Source: Raillietiella orientalis
Taxonomy: Eukaryota
Direction: 5' to 3'
Assembly: GCA_036172245.1 (NCBI GenBank)
Contig: JAYWIR010000036.1
Location: 1,426,001-1,490,000, forward strand
DNA: 64,000 nucleotides
The notes under the pieces are model-generated. The model saw only the letters and a program-made list of their open reading frames with translations, searched no databases and had not been told where the DNA came from. Every line of letters begins with the position of its first letter. The stretch's first letter is position 1. The translations under genes were made by a program, and so were the position numbers. Shown one piece after another: positions 22,450 through 34,399 of the stretch.

Positions 22450-25400
22450 GGCGAGACACCCGGAGGGGTGGAGAACGAAGGAGGCTGCCCATCTGGCGCA
22501 CGGAGGGGAAGGGGACTCGTTCCGTTCCTCCGGCAGCGGCGCGCGAGAGCCTTTTCACTTCCTACGCCGGACTGTGGCATCCTCGGCGGCTTCGCGCAGC
22601 CAACGCGAGGCGGTGCTCGCACGCATCCTGGGCCGCGCTGCGAGGGCACGCTCGCGGATTCTGGCAAGAGCGCGGGATTCCCGAGAGGTTCCTAGAGGCG
22701 CGCCGCTCCGCCACGGTACCGCACGGGTGGACTCCGCGGACGGCCCCGGTACGAGGGATACGCGCCGACACTGTCGTTCCCGAGCGACGTGACGTCAGCG
22801 CACTCCGTCTGGAGCGGCGCGAAGCGCGCGTCCCGCCATACGCGTCGTGTGGAGGTGACTGCAGCAGCCGTACCGGTAGGTGCCGCGGAGCGCGGACGCC
22901 ATCCCAGAGTGCAAGGAAACGTCTGGAGAGCAGAGGAGGCAGGGGACGGAAAGAACATGGGCGCGGGAGTGGGAGGTCGGAAATTGCGACCGCGCGTTTA
23001 GCGAGTCACCGATGTTTGTGGCCCCGGCTTGGGTCCTGTTGCGGTAGCCTGTGTTTCGGACTCGTCCCAGCGTCGGGTCGCAGTCGCTATCGCAGAACCC
23101 GCGGCGGTCGGCGATGGAAGTTACGAGAGCGCCTCCGGAACGGGATGCCGCACGACTTCTGCTTCCGGAAGTTGCTCCAGCGATCGGGGAGGAGGAGAGA
23201 AGAAGCCTCGACGAGCCTTTCACGACGGGCGAGATAATCTCGGCTATGGGAAAGCTCAAGAGGCGCAAGGCTCCAGGGGAGGACGGCCTGCTCGCGGAGT
23301 TTTATCAAACTTTCGCGGCAGAGCTTACCCCCTTGGTGCATCAACTCACCTTGCTGATACGCGAAACAGGTGACGTTCCCGCCTCATTTCGCTCGGCAAA
23401 GGTGCGACTCCTCTCTAAGGGAGGAGATCTGAGGAGCATGAGCAACTGGCGGCCGATTACCGTGGTAAATGCGAACTCCAAGTTGCTAGCGAAAATGTGG
23501 ACTCGGGGTCTAGGACGGTTGACACAAGGCTTCATCAGCCCGGAACAGACATATGCTGTTCCCGGGCGAAGCATGGATGCCAACCTGTTCCTCGCCAGCA
23601 TAGGGTTCGCGCTCCAATAAGAAAGGAGCAGGATGGACAACCGGAATTCCGGAAGCTCCGTCGGCGGAGGACGGGATGGTCGGGAGGGGAGAGGAGCCTT
23701 TGAGGTCGTATTCGACTTGCATAAAGCATTCGCCTGCGTCGACCATCGACTCCTTATGTAGCTCCTGGAACGCTTGGGCTTCCCGGCCTCTTCGATGGCC
23801 TACCTGCGCTCCAGATGTCACGATGCTCTCATTAAAGTCTTTTTCAGAGGGCATACCGTGCACGGCGTACCGGTGCGATGCGGCATACGTCAGGGAGACA
23901 GCCTGAGCCCCTTGCTCTTCAGCACCTATTTTGAATTGGTTCTGAGAGCGTACAGGGAGACTCTGACGCACCCGCTGCGCGATTGTCCCGGTACGCCTGC
24001 GGTTTCAGCATACGCGGGCGACCTCTGCTGCTGCTGTTCCTCACATCAACTCCGGCTTCCGCGGTCGAGGAGTTCTTCGACCTGCTAAGTCCGGGAACAG
24101 GGCTAAGGGTGAACAGGGCGAAGTCGTCCGTGATGCCAGTCGGAGCGGTGTGGGCAGGGCAGTTGGACTGGATCCGCTTAGAGATCCCTACGGTACGGTA
24201 TTTCAAGTACCTTGGTGTACCGTTGGGGGATTATCTCCCTTCGGATGCGTGGTCCAGCTGCCTTCAGAAGGTAGAGAGGGTGATCGGCCCGTTCCAAGGT
24301 GTCAGGTTGTTCCTTCAGGAACGGGCCGCGGTGTGGAACGCGTTTGCGGCCCCCCTCCTTCGCCCCTTGCTTTTTGTTTGTTCTTCCTCAGCGGAGTCGA
24401 AAAAGAGGACGAAGGACTCATGATCTCTCTTTGGAGCAGACGGAGGCCCCGAGTCCGGCTTGTGGACTTGTGCGCTCTGCGTCGGGACGGCGGTCTTGGC
24501 CTTCTGACGCTGGAGCAGTTGGAGCTTCAGCTCCAGTTCAGGATTCTTGCCCTAGTGGCGAAGTCATGGAGCACCAACTGATGCGCTCCTAAAGAACTTC
24601 CCTTGCTGCGGCACTGCCTACCCTCTAGGAACATTTGGGCAGCGAAATCGCAGCAAAATGGGAGGTTGTTATTGTTGTTGTTGTTTCTCCGTTCCGGAGA
24701 TCAAGATCTCCGGAACGGAGAAAAGGATCGGAGAATGGAGAACGGGTCAGTTTATCAACTCTGCGAACCCGCGTACCACCCCACATGGACTCTGCTCCAT
24801 GTTCCGGTGGAACACCTGAAGTGATCTCCGGTGCTCATGGACAGGCGCACCCTCTCCATGAAGTGGCAGCAATCGGCGCTCTTGGTGCCGCATTGGGGTT
24901 CCCAATGCAACGCCACACCACTGGACGTGGGGGGATGTCAACCCGAATTGTGTTGGGTGCGGGGAGAGAGAATCCCTCCCCCACCTATTAGTAGATTGTG
25001 TTGCCCTCCAGCTCCTGTGGGAACGCTTTGCCGCGGCCCTGGGAGCCCCCGGAGGCAATCTCAGAGACGCTATACGACCCCTCTTTGTCCGAGACACTCT
25101 GCCGCCAGCGGCCTGTCTAGCAGTCCTCTGCTGCCTACGCAGGATCGTCGCTGCATGGAGCAAAGCGACAGGAGGATCTAGCGACAGGGATGCCACCGAA
25201 TACGCTGTTCCCTTCCTGAGGATGGTGACGCGATGGTCCCATCTGGAACCCAGCATTCAGCAGCAGCTTGCCGACATCCTCCAGAGGATGACGGACACTC
25301 TCAGCAGACTGTGATCCCTTCCCGATCCCTCCCCAGTTTTGTTTATTTTTTGTTTTTTGTTGTTTTTTGGCTCCCTCCCCACTGCTGCCGATGTGGATCG

Positions 25401-25495
25401 TACCGGTCTTCGTACCGGTGACCCGGCAGGCTGACAACATCTAGAACGTGGCCGGACAGTGACAGAATTTATGGAGGTTTGTTCGAAAGAATAAA
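22450..25495 (+). mobile_element. Degenerate L1/Tx1-clade non-LTR retrotransposon ORF2 (EN remnant, RT, C-terminal zinc finger, 3'UTR)
   Basis: KAPGEDGLLAEFY, NWRPITVVNANSKLLAK, ISPEQTYAVPGRS, FDLHKAF, GIRQGDSLSPLLF, AYAGDL (YADD mutated), VNRAKS, FKYLG, RRDGGLGL, CVGCGERESLPHLLVDC. Several stops and frameshifts; T-rich 3'UTR at 25335-25370. Confidence 0.9.
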
Positions 25496-28390
25496 CGCCC
25501 CGGAGCACCCGGGTGTAGAGTGATGGAAATTGCCTCGGGCATCGCAGACGGGCTGCACGCCCGGCGTGCAGCGGAGCGGAGGACCATCTCGAGGCGTGCG
25601 CCCTCCCGCTTCCGCGAGATGGCAGCGTCGCGGTCGCGGGAAACCTCGGCCACCTGAGAAGGCCTCGCGGTCACGCCTCTGCTCCTGTGCCCGGGGCACG
25701 GGTAACGCCACGCATCCTTGGCTCCGCAGGAAGGCACGGAGACGCTCCACGGCTGCTGCGTACACGCCGACTATTGAGACGCTGCCACCCAGCCATCTCC
25801 TCGCGTTTCTCGATTCCAGGTACACCCAGGAAAGACGATGGTATCATAGGAATCCGGCGACGCGTCACTGGCGCAGCTCGGGAGGCCTCTTCACACCGCT
25901 GCCGTGCGAGCACCACCCAAGTGACCCCCGTGAGCAGGGGAGACTAGGAGGCTGGCGACCGCAGCACGTCCCGCGGGACCGCGGGGTCACGTTGGGTCGC
26001 ATCCCGACAGTATGGCGTCGGCTTGCGCCGAAGAGGCGGGCGAACTGCACGCCATCTTCTGTCCCCAGCTGCCTTCTCCTGGAACTATTGGCGGATCTGC
26101 GACCCGCTCCTCTGGAAGGCGGCTCTTCTTCCTGCGTAAACACCGCGCTGAGGGTCTCGGTGCTGCCCTGGACCACGTCCGGCAGCACCGCGGTGTAGCG
26201 CCCCCCGCCGGCCGGCGAGCGAATTTCACGGAGATCGCTGCGAGAGCGGCAGACGGCCCTCCGTCGCGGAAGTGGCGTCGCCAGCCTGGCGCAGGGACAC
26301 CACGCCCATCACGGCGCTGCCAACGCAAATCTGTTCGGGGTATCTTCCTGGTCGCTGGACCATCTCGCTGCAGCCCTTCCAAGGCCTTCTCGGCCCAAGG
26401 ATGAGTCGACAAGCGACCTCGTGCGAGCGGCGGGGCAAAGGGGTGGTCGCGTTCGTGCCAAGTGGCAGTGTCACCGTGTGGCGGCACCTACAATAGGACT
26501 GGAACCCGCCGAAAAGGCATCGAACGCACCCCTTTCGTTGTCGGGAGCGCAAAAGGTTAGCCTCTCGGGTCCTGCGTTAGCCTCCCGGTGACCCGCTACT
26601 GCGCACCCTTGAGGTGCGGTCCCTTCGGGGAGTGGCGGCGTCTGCCTCTCCCGTGGGGCGAGGCGACGGGATGGACCGGTGGGCGTGCGGGAGAGGATCG
26701 GATGCGACGAAGGCAGCAGACGGGGAGCTTGGGGGCGGGAAACGGACCCGGAAGAGGTCCACCATCCGCTCGCTCCTCCACCCTTGCGACTGCTCGTGGT
26801 TCGCCTAGTGTGCTGCTTCGTTGGTAGCGCCGTCGCCAGTGCGGACGCGGCCGGGCGAGGGCGAGCTCATCTGGGCATCCGGCGGGCATCGATGCGTTCC
26901 CCGTTGCCGGCGGGCCCGTCGCTGGGGCACTTCCTGCTTCCGCAGCCTCGGAAGCCTCGGGCAAAGGCGCGCCGGGTCGCTTTCCGAACGCAGCGCTTTC
27001 CCGGGCAGCTTCGGACGGCGACCGCGAGAGGCCTTCGGCAGCGCCTCCGCTCGCACCGCCTGCCTGTCCTCCACGGCGCTTCCACGGTCGGTCCGCGCCT
27101 CGGTGGACGATGGCTGTTCGTACGGAGGATCGGAGACCCGACGGCGCTCCTCCACCTCCACCCAGATGGACCTACCTCCCTTCCCGGTGATGCAGCCGCT
27201 AGACGGAAAGCGCGCATCCACGCCTGGCGGTGCCCGCAGGCCGCGATGGACAGGCGAGGATGCGTCGCTTGGGGTCCTCCCTTTCTGCTCCGGCTGCACG
27301 CGGAGAAGGGTGGCGCCCGTCTGGAACGCGCGACTCGGAGAGGCATCTCCCGCGCTCCCGCGGGGTCACCTTCCCTCTGCCTCGATCGTGGATCCGGTTG
27401 GCTCCTCTCCTGGTCACTGCGCCGCCGTCTCTCCTCCCTCTTTTTTTGTCCGCAAAGCTGCGCGCGGGGGAAACACGCCGCATTTTCGCTGGCGCTTGTT
27501 CGTGGCGCCGGATGGAGGCAGGGAAGGCGGAGCATCGAAAGGGCGGCTGTAGGACTGCGGGCGAGAGGGGGGGGGGGATAGGAACTGCGGGTCGAGGGCA
27601 CGCGCACGGGGGAAATGCCCTGTCCCTCCTCTTCTTCTTCCTGCGGGGCCCCGGGCCGCTGGGACGTGAAGATGGCGCGCGGCGGCTGCGGTCCTGGGAG
27701 GCACCGACCCGCACGCTACGCGGGAGCTAGCGGAGAGGGCGCCACGACCGCCCCCTTGAGTCGTCATCGTCGTCGGCATTCCCATCGGGTTCGAAACCCG
27801 ATGGGAATGGAGGCGCCGGAAAGGGGGAGGGGAAGGGAAGGGAAGGAGGAGAGCGATAGGCGCGTCCGAGTGGCGGTCGGTCGGTCGGTGCGGGCCGCGC
27901 GGCTGCGCACCCACCCCTCGCGCGCTCTCCGTCCGTGACAACACCCTCCGGTGCTCTCGCGCGCGCCCAGAGGAGAGGCGGCCCGATGGCCTCGGCGCCT
28001 CCCCTCCGTCGCCGCCGCGCGTTGCTGTTGTTTGTAACCTTTAAGAGAGCGCCCCCTTGGGGAGTGGACAACAGTAGTCGGCCGCGCTGCTCTCCGGCTG
28101 CGTCCGCACGGCTGAGACGCGCGCTCGCCTTCGCTCCTCGCCCGCCGGGAAGAGTTTGGTCGGTCGGTCCAGAGGACGAGGAAGACGCTCCCTCCTCTTC
28201 CCCGGTTCCTGTCCGCCCCGTCCCCTCCGAGCCCCACGAAGAGCTGACGGCAATTCCCGTCCTTCTCCTTCTTTTTGTTCTTCGGAAGTGGATCGGTGGC
28301 TCCCGAAACGCCCGAGTGGGGTCTCCGCCGCCCGTCCTCCCTTCCCCTCCTCCCGATCGTGCTGGTTCCCTGTCCCTTTCCCTGTTGGAA

Positions 28391-29803
28391 ATGATGACCG
28401 CCCAGTGCTTGCCAGTCTGGCTGCTGCTGCTACTGCTGCTGCCGCTTCCCTCGTCGCTGTTGTCCGCCTCGCCTCCTTTCGTTCGTGAGGGACGGGGCCG
28501 AATGGTACCTGTCCCTGGCAACCAGCCTCGGCACGTCACCGTGTGGCTGGATCCCCCTGTCCACGTCGCGATCCCCAGAGTGACTGGCCCAGGTTCCCAC
28601 CCCGTTGACTCTCAGAAGGAGGTGGTACTCTTCAAGGTAAGAAATCTTGCCTCCGGCATCGGGCCGGTCCCTCGTAAAGCGGAAGAACACAGGAGGGGGA
28701 CCTCGGTCGAAGGGCATGCTGCGAGTAGTGCTGACAGTTCGGAAGGGGAAATCGGTGGCCCGTGGGAGGAGCTCCTCCAAGCGGGGAAGCCCAGGGTCAG
28801 GAGGCAGGAGAACTATGATTACCATTACTATGACGACGATTTCCTGGAGTACGAACTGAGAACCCGAGAGGTCTCGACGCGCGAGCTGCTGCACACCACG
28901 GGTGGAAGCCACGTCTCTGACTGGACGCCGGCTCCTCTCACGTGGAAGGACCTTCCATCGACCTGGCATGGGACCTCGTCGAGCGGCTCCGCCTCCACCG
29001 ATCTCGTTGGCCTCGAACTCTTGTCGGAGACGACCTCTGTCGCCCCCCCGCACCTCCCTCCGACGCAAACTTGGCCCCCGGACCAAACCCCTTCCTACAC
29101 GGAAGCGATCTTCCCCACTCTGGACCAGTTCCTGACCGACGAAGCCTCCAGCACGCCGCCTTCTCCCAGTGGCCTGGCTTCCTCGATGGAGGTAGCGCAG
29201 CCGGCGGCCACAGCGACGACGACAGGACTCTTCCGAAATCCCTGGGACGCTGAAGACGGGGCAGGAGCATCCGCGCCGGACCTTTCTGGCGAGTCGAGCA
29301 CGCCGCCTCAGTTTCTGACTTTCCCGAGGGAGACCTCGATAGGAGATCCCTCCGTCCCTCTGTCGGGCAAGGCCGACGGAAAACCTGGCCCACTGGAGCA
29401 GCCGGAGGCTACAGATCCCGCCGCCTGGGAAGCCGACGCCCCGAGGACGCCGAGCTCCGCTCCCGACAGCCACGAGCACCTGCTGAAGGCCAAGGACAGA
29501 GCCGCGTCCGAGATGGAGTTTGTGGAGACGGAGGTCGCAGTGGCGCTGAAGATCTTCCGCTGGTTGTCACTAGAGAAGGAGGCGAACAACGTCGTCTTCA
29601 GCCCCCTCCTGTTCATCTACACCCTGTCCATGCTCTTCCTGGGTGCGAGGGGCAAGTCCTCCGACGACATAAACAACGTCTTCCCTTACGACAAGTTCGT
29701 GTTCTTCAACCCCCACAGGAAGCTCAAAATGATGTCGGAGGAGCTCACTAAAGGGTCGCCCTTGGGCGACTCAACCCTGAAGACGCAGCTGATCCTGGAC
29801 AAG
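28391..29803 (+). CDS. Serpin gene exon 1 (signal peptide, Ser/Thr/Pro-rich extension, start of serpin domain); Spn85F-like probable non-inhibitory serpin, join(28391..29803,32829..33023,38205..38831), 744 aa
   Basis: MMTAQCLPVWLLLLLLLPLPSSLLSA signal peptide; NNVVFSPLL...LSMLFLGARGKS...FNPH serpin motifs; AAG|GT donor at 29804, phase 0. Confidence 0.85.
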
Positions 29804-31349
29804 GTTGTTGCCAATTTTCTGTTCCCGGTCATCTCCCGCGCCTCCGACCGATGCCGGGAGTCCGCGAGGGGGAGGTGTCTGCACCGAGGATGGGAGGCGC
29901 CGAGTTCCGTGAGCCCCCTTCCACCTCCACTCCCTTCCAAGGGTCGTGAGTTCGTCCCGGAAGTTGACGAGCGATTCGCTGCTGCCACGTTCACCGTTGA
30001 GGCCCTGGGGTTCGCCCCTGGTGCCTCCCTCGCAGGGATCGGCGCCGCTTTGCTCTCCCTCCGTAGGAGTCGCGAGCTCCGGAAGGACTTGATGCCCCCC
30101 GCTCCAAGACACAGGAATTCAACACTGGCTCTTCCCGTTGCTGGCGGGTCGGGGCTCCATCGGCAAGCAGGGATGGCACCGGGAGGGATCAGAGCCACCT
30201 CCTGGCCTAGCGAAAGACTGCGAATAGTGGACCATCGAAGGGGTCGGCCGCGGACGGGAGCGCGCTGAGGGAATCCATGAGGAGCTTCTTGCCCGCGAGA
30301 CCCTACTGGGAGGGATCGAGAGAGAGGACCGGGGAGCGGCGAGCTCGCCTGGGGTCACTTCGGAAAGGAAGGATGGGCCAGAACGGAGAGAAGGGAGAAA
30401 AGGGGCGTGGAAGACGGAAGAGAGAGAAATGGCTTAGAAATTGAAGGAAGGAGGGAGCGAGGAAAGAGGGTCGAGAAACGCCCGTCCCAACGGCACAGAG
30501 GCCTGGAGGGGAAAGGTCGAAAAGGACTCGGGACGCGTGCGCGCTCCTTCGGTTCCGAGACGTGGGGCGCAGCGTGTGACTCGCTCCCGGAAGATCGGAA
30601 CGAGTCACCTGGCTGACTTCGAGGAGTGCAGCCGCCTCCTCTCGTGTCGCCGAGGTGGGTGCGACGACAGCTCCGATCGCAGACACAGCGGGGACGTGGG
30701 TCTCCCAGAAATGCACCCGGCTTCCGAGGGAAGGTCACGAACACGCTCGAAAAGCGTGCGGTTGCCACGCGTCGCTCGAGCAGTAGGCCTCCTCCCCTCA
30801 CAGCGCAACGCGCGGCAGCCCGGAAGGAACGGGCGCGGGAGGCGGACCTTCCCGAGAGAGGAGCCGTGGCTACACGCGCGACGACCCTTCTCCTCGATCC
30901 TGGTTGCGAGAGATGGAGGTCAGGGGAGACCCAGATGCTGTGCAGCGCGCCGGAAGGAGCGAGAGAGGAAGCTCCTCCGGTGCGACTGAAGAGCTCCGCT
31001 CGACCCGCTTCCCACGGGCGTGCGCAGCCCGGCGGGAGTGGCGGGCGGCTTTCAGACTGGCCGACCCGAATTACTCAGCTCGCAGAGGCACCGCCCGTCG
31101 CGACCGCGAGAGGGAGCCGAAGAGGAAGAGGAAGGGCAGGAGGTGGTGCGCCTCGGTCTGCGCCGAAACAGCTCACATTCCATTAGAGCTCTTCCCGAAA
31201 ACTTCCCTTCGGGTGCGTTCTGGATCTGCTCGCTTCTAGATGCTGCTTCCTGGCGCAGCGGGGAAGGCGGTGGCTCGGTGGACAAGCACGATAGGACGGA
31301 CGGTTTTCCACAGAGCTCTCCCGGAAGGGCGGATGATTTCGGCATGTCG

Positions 31350-31900
31350 CGGAGGAGTAAGGGTCGAGGAGCAATTTCCTTGAACAGCCGTCACCTCTCT
31401 GCTCCCACTCGGTAGCGCCCGTTCCAGAGTGGTCCAGCTGGGAGCCGCATCTCCTGTGGTTGCGATGGCTGAGAAGGAACCGATTCGGGTCCATCACGGC
31501 GTGCTCCTCTCGACACCCTCAAAAGGTTCGGCAGTGCCTCGTCCCGAAGACCATCGAAGAATCTCCTGAAGTCAAGAAGTGACCACGAATGTCGAGGCGA
31601 GATGACAGCCCGCCTGCCACCATAGCTACTCGTCTCCTACGCATTCCTGTCTGAAAGAACGGGAAGAGATAGGAAACCTTTGCACGGGTGCGATCTGTCC
31701 TCCCGCGTCCCGATCTGTCCCGTCTCCGCTTTGCGCTCCGCAAGGTGCCGATGAATCGCCTCGCAAAGGTTGCCTTGATTCCTGCTCCTCCTTTCCTGGA
31801 AGCAGCTACTGCGTCTCTACTGCGCTGAGTGTTCTTCTCGATCCCAGCCAGGTGCCAGGGCACTCGGGAGGATCCGAGTTTCCCTCCTCCCTTTTCCGCG
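31350..31900 (-). mobile_element. Decayed L1/Tx1 endonuclease fragment in serpin intron 1
   Basis: Minus-strand KGGAGI...DRSGR...VSYLFP...FLTSGDSSMV follows the order of the APE motifs GVxI, DxxGR, NVYxP and ILGGDFN. Confidence 0.4.
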
Positions 31901-32828
31901 AGACCCTATTAGGAGGGAAAAGAAGGACAGAGTTTGGTGGGGCACAGAAGGAGGAGAGGGAGGAGGAACTACCCTCCCTTCTCGGTGTGAAACTGCGCTT
32001 TTGTAGCTGCCAACAAGGAGCCCCGACTAATGTCGTAATTCGGAGGCGATCGCGGGACCAGAGGAAGTGTGTCCCCTTTCGCAGGAAGACACCTATCGGC
32101 ATCGTGGATGCCGGAAGAGTCCTGGGGAATCGATGAGAGGCCTTCAGTGGAAAATTTCGGCTTGGCTCCTTGGGGATTCGAGAGCGCGCAACTGTGACGT
32201 CGCCGTTCTTCTCGAGTTCGAACGGGGCCACAGAGCGGGCGTCACGGAGAGTCCCTTACCCCCCATTGGGACCTGTTTGGAACGAAACACGCTCGAATGG
32301 ACAGGAACCGAATCCCAGATCTTCGAGCAGAGGCTGCGTGGAACCTGAATTTCCGCGCTGGAGGCGGAGACCAGCGGCTCTAGGCCACGTTGAGGAGGGT
32401 CCATCCGACTGCGCGTTTCCGTCCCCAGCCTCGAGCCAGATGGAGATAGCCTCCAGGTCGGACCACGAATGGTAGGAGGTGCGTATTGGGAACTCAGGCG
32501 CCGAATCCTCAGCGGCGTGGACTGGCACTTCAGCAGTTCGGGGGTGGTGCTCGTGTGCGCTGACGTCTGCCACGCGAAGGGTGCCATTCGCGTTCCTCCT
32601 TCATGAGGCGCAACCAGGAGCAAGGGCTCCGGAAAGCGCTCTCGTGACCCCTTGTGGATGCTAAGCGAAGCGCAGTTTCCTTGGAGATTTGCTTGCGCGT
32701 TTTGAAAAGCTCGCCGCTGCATCGGACGGTGCGAGACGGTGCCACGAGGCGGATGGGAGCGTTCATTTCCGTCCCGCTGGCCGTGATGACAAGCGGGGAC
32801 TCAACTTGTTGCCCTCTCTCCTTCCCAG

Positions 32829-33023
32829 TCCAAGGGCGGCGTACTGGACATGTTCGCGCACCACGTGGAAGAGTATTTTTCGTCCGAGGTCAAGCAGCTG
32901 TCCTTCAAGCAGGGCAACCCGAAGACGGTTTCCCTGAGACCCGACGCCATTCCTGCTGACCTCAAAGGTGAAGACATTGTCATACGATCTCCCATGGGAC
33001 TTCTTATGACGACCACGTTTCAG
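32829..33023 (+). CDS. Serpin gene exon 2 (65 codons)
   Basis: CTCTCTCCTTCCCAG acceptor and CAG|GTAC donor, 195 nt, phase 0/0. Encodes SKGGVLDMFAHHVEEYFSSEVKQLSF...LLMTTTFQ (serpin helix E/s1A and s3A pattern). Confidence 0.85.
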
Positions 33024-34399
33024 GTACGCGCGCGCAGCTCCCGGGTATGCCTGGAAGAGCGAACGCGAAATCTTTGGCCTCGCGGCCCGCGCCCTCGGCG
33101 TGACCTCGGGTTGCGCTAACGGATTTTCTCTCGGGTGGACGACAGCCGCGAGAGCGGAAGCCCCTCCCGATTCGGTTCAGCCCGCCGGAACCGACTCGGG
33201 CCACGGGCGCAGATGCTGGTGACCTGAAAGTTCCTCCCAGCAGTCACGATGTTCGCGAAAGAGAAACTCGACTCTCCTGCTTTCGCCTCTTTTCCCCCTC
33301 CTCCTCCTCTTCCTTCTTCAGCAGCGGCTCCCGCTTCCCTGCCTCCTCGAATACCTCCCGAACGTGGGTCAGATGGGGAGGGAAAAACCTCTCAGAACCG
33401 GCCTACGTGTTCCTGGCTTCAGGCTCGATCGCTTCCCTATGTCGTGATTTTTTTTTCTTTCTTCCTCTTTCCAGCCCCCTCCCCCCCTTTCGGATAGCGG
33501 GACGTGCAGGTTCCAGAATCCGCTCTTGGGATATGCTTTCGTCACGATAGGCGCCGAGCTGAGTCATCTCCACCATTGTCCTGCCATGTGTCGAATCGTC
33601 TCGTGTCAAGATCATACCCGCCCTAGTCTGGCAACCTTTCTTCCCCCTCCCACCTCCTCTTCCCCTCCCACGCACTCTCGAAAGCGTGCTCCTCTGTCCG
33701 GCGTGCTTGACCCCTCATCTACAATCCGTTCGGTGAGCCGAAAACGGCGGCAGTCGTGTGCCTTCCCGCCGGCCGGAAAAGAGGGGAAGAGACTCCGGGA
33801 GGACCACTTCCGGGTTCAGCGGACGCCTTCGACGCTGACGAGGTTGCTTATTCGTCTCCGGAAGGGACTGCTTCGCGTGACGAGAGAACCGAAGGGTTGC
33901 TCTTTGCCCGTCCGGAAACGTCCGAACGGCATCCGCGTCTTTCGCTTCCCTTTCGAAGGGCTCTGCTCCTTTTTTTCGAGAGTCTCCTGCTTCTTTTCGC
34001 TTCTCAGCCCCCTTAGGGATCCCTCGGAGGGAGCACGCTGAACCGCAAAGGGCGGCGCCCGAGCACGTGGCGACGCGTACCCGCATCCGGACGCGTGTCG
34101 TCAGAGGGAGCCCAGAAAGCCGGCAGGAGGTCCTCGCAGCAGCTTTTGACCGAAGCAGAGCAGCGGCTCCGCCCTTCGGCAGGAAGGAGGACCACTTGCT
34201 CATCTCCGTGGGGACACGGGAGACTCGATGTTTCGCTGCCCCGGTGACGGGAGGGTTTCCCGAAGAGACCTTCCTCCCTTCCTGAAGGCAGGAAGAGGCG
34301 CATTTCTCCAGGGAGGGACCGCGACAGGACGCCCAGGGAACTCGATGAGAGGAGGTGTTGGAGGTTGTCGGCTGGCAGAGGCATTCGCTCCAGAGGTCA

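Noticed and set aside
27935..30268. 777-aa ORF as a single-exon gene
   Set aside because: The signal peptide starts at ATG 28391 and serpin similarity stops at the GT donor at 29804. The flanking parts are UTR or intron read-through.
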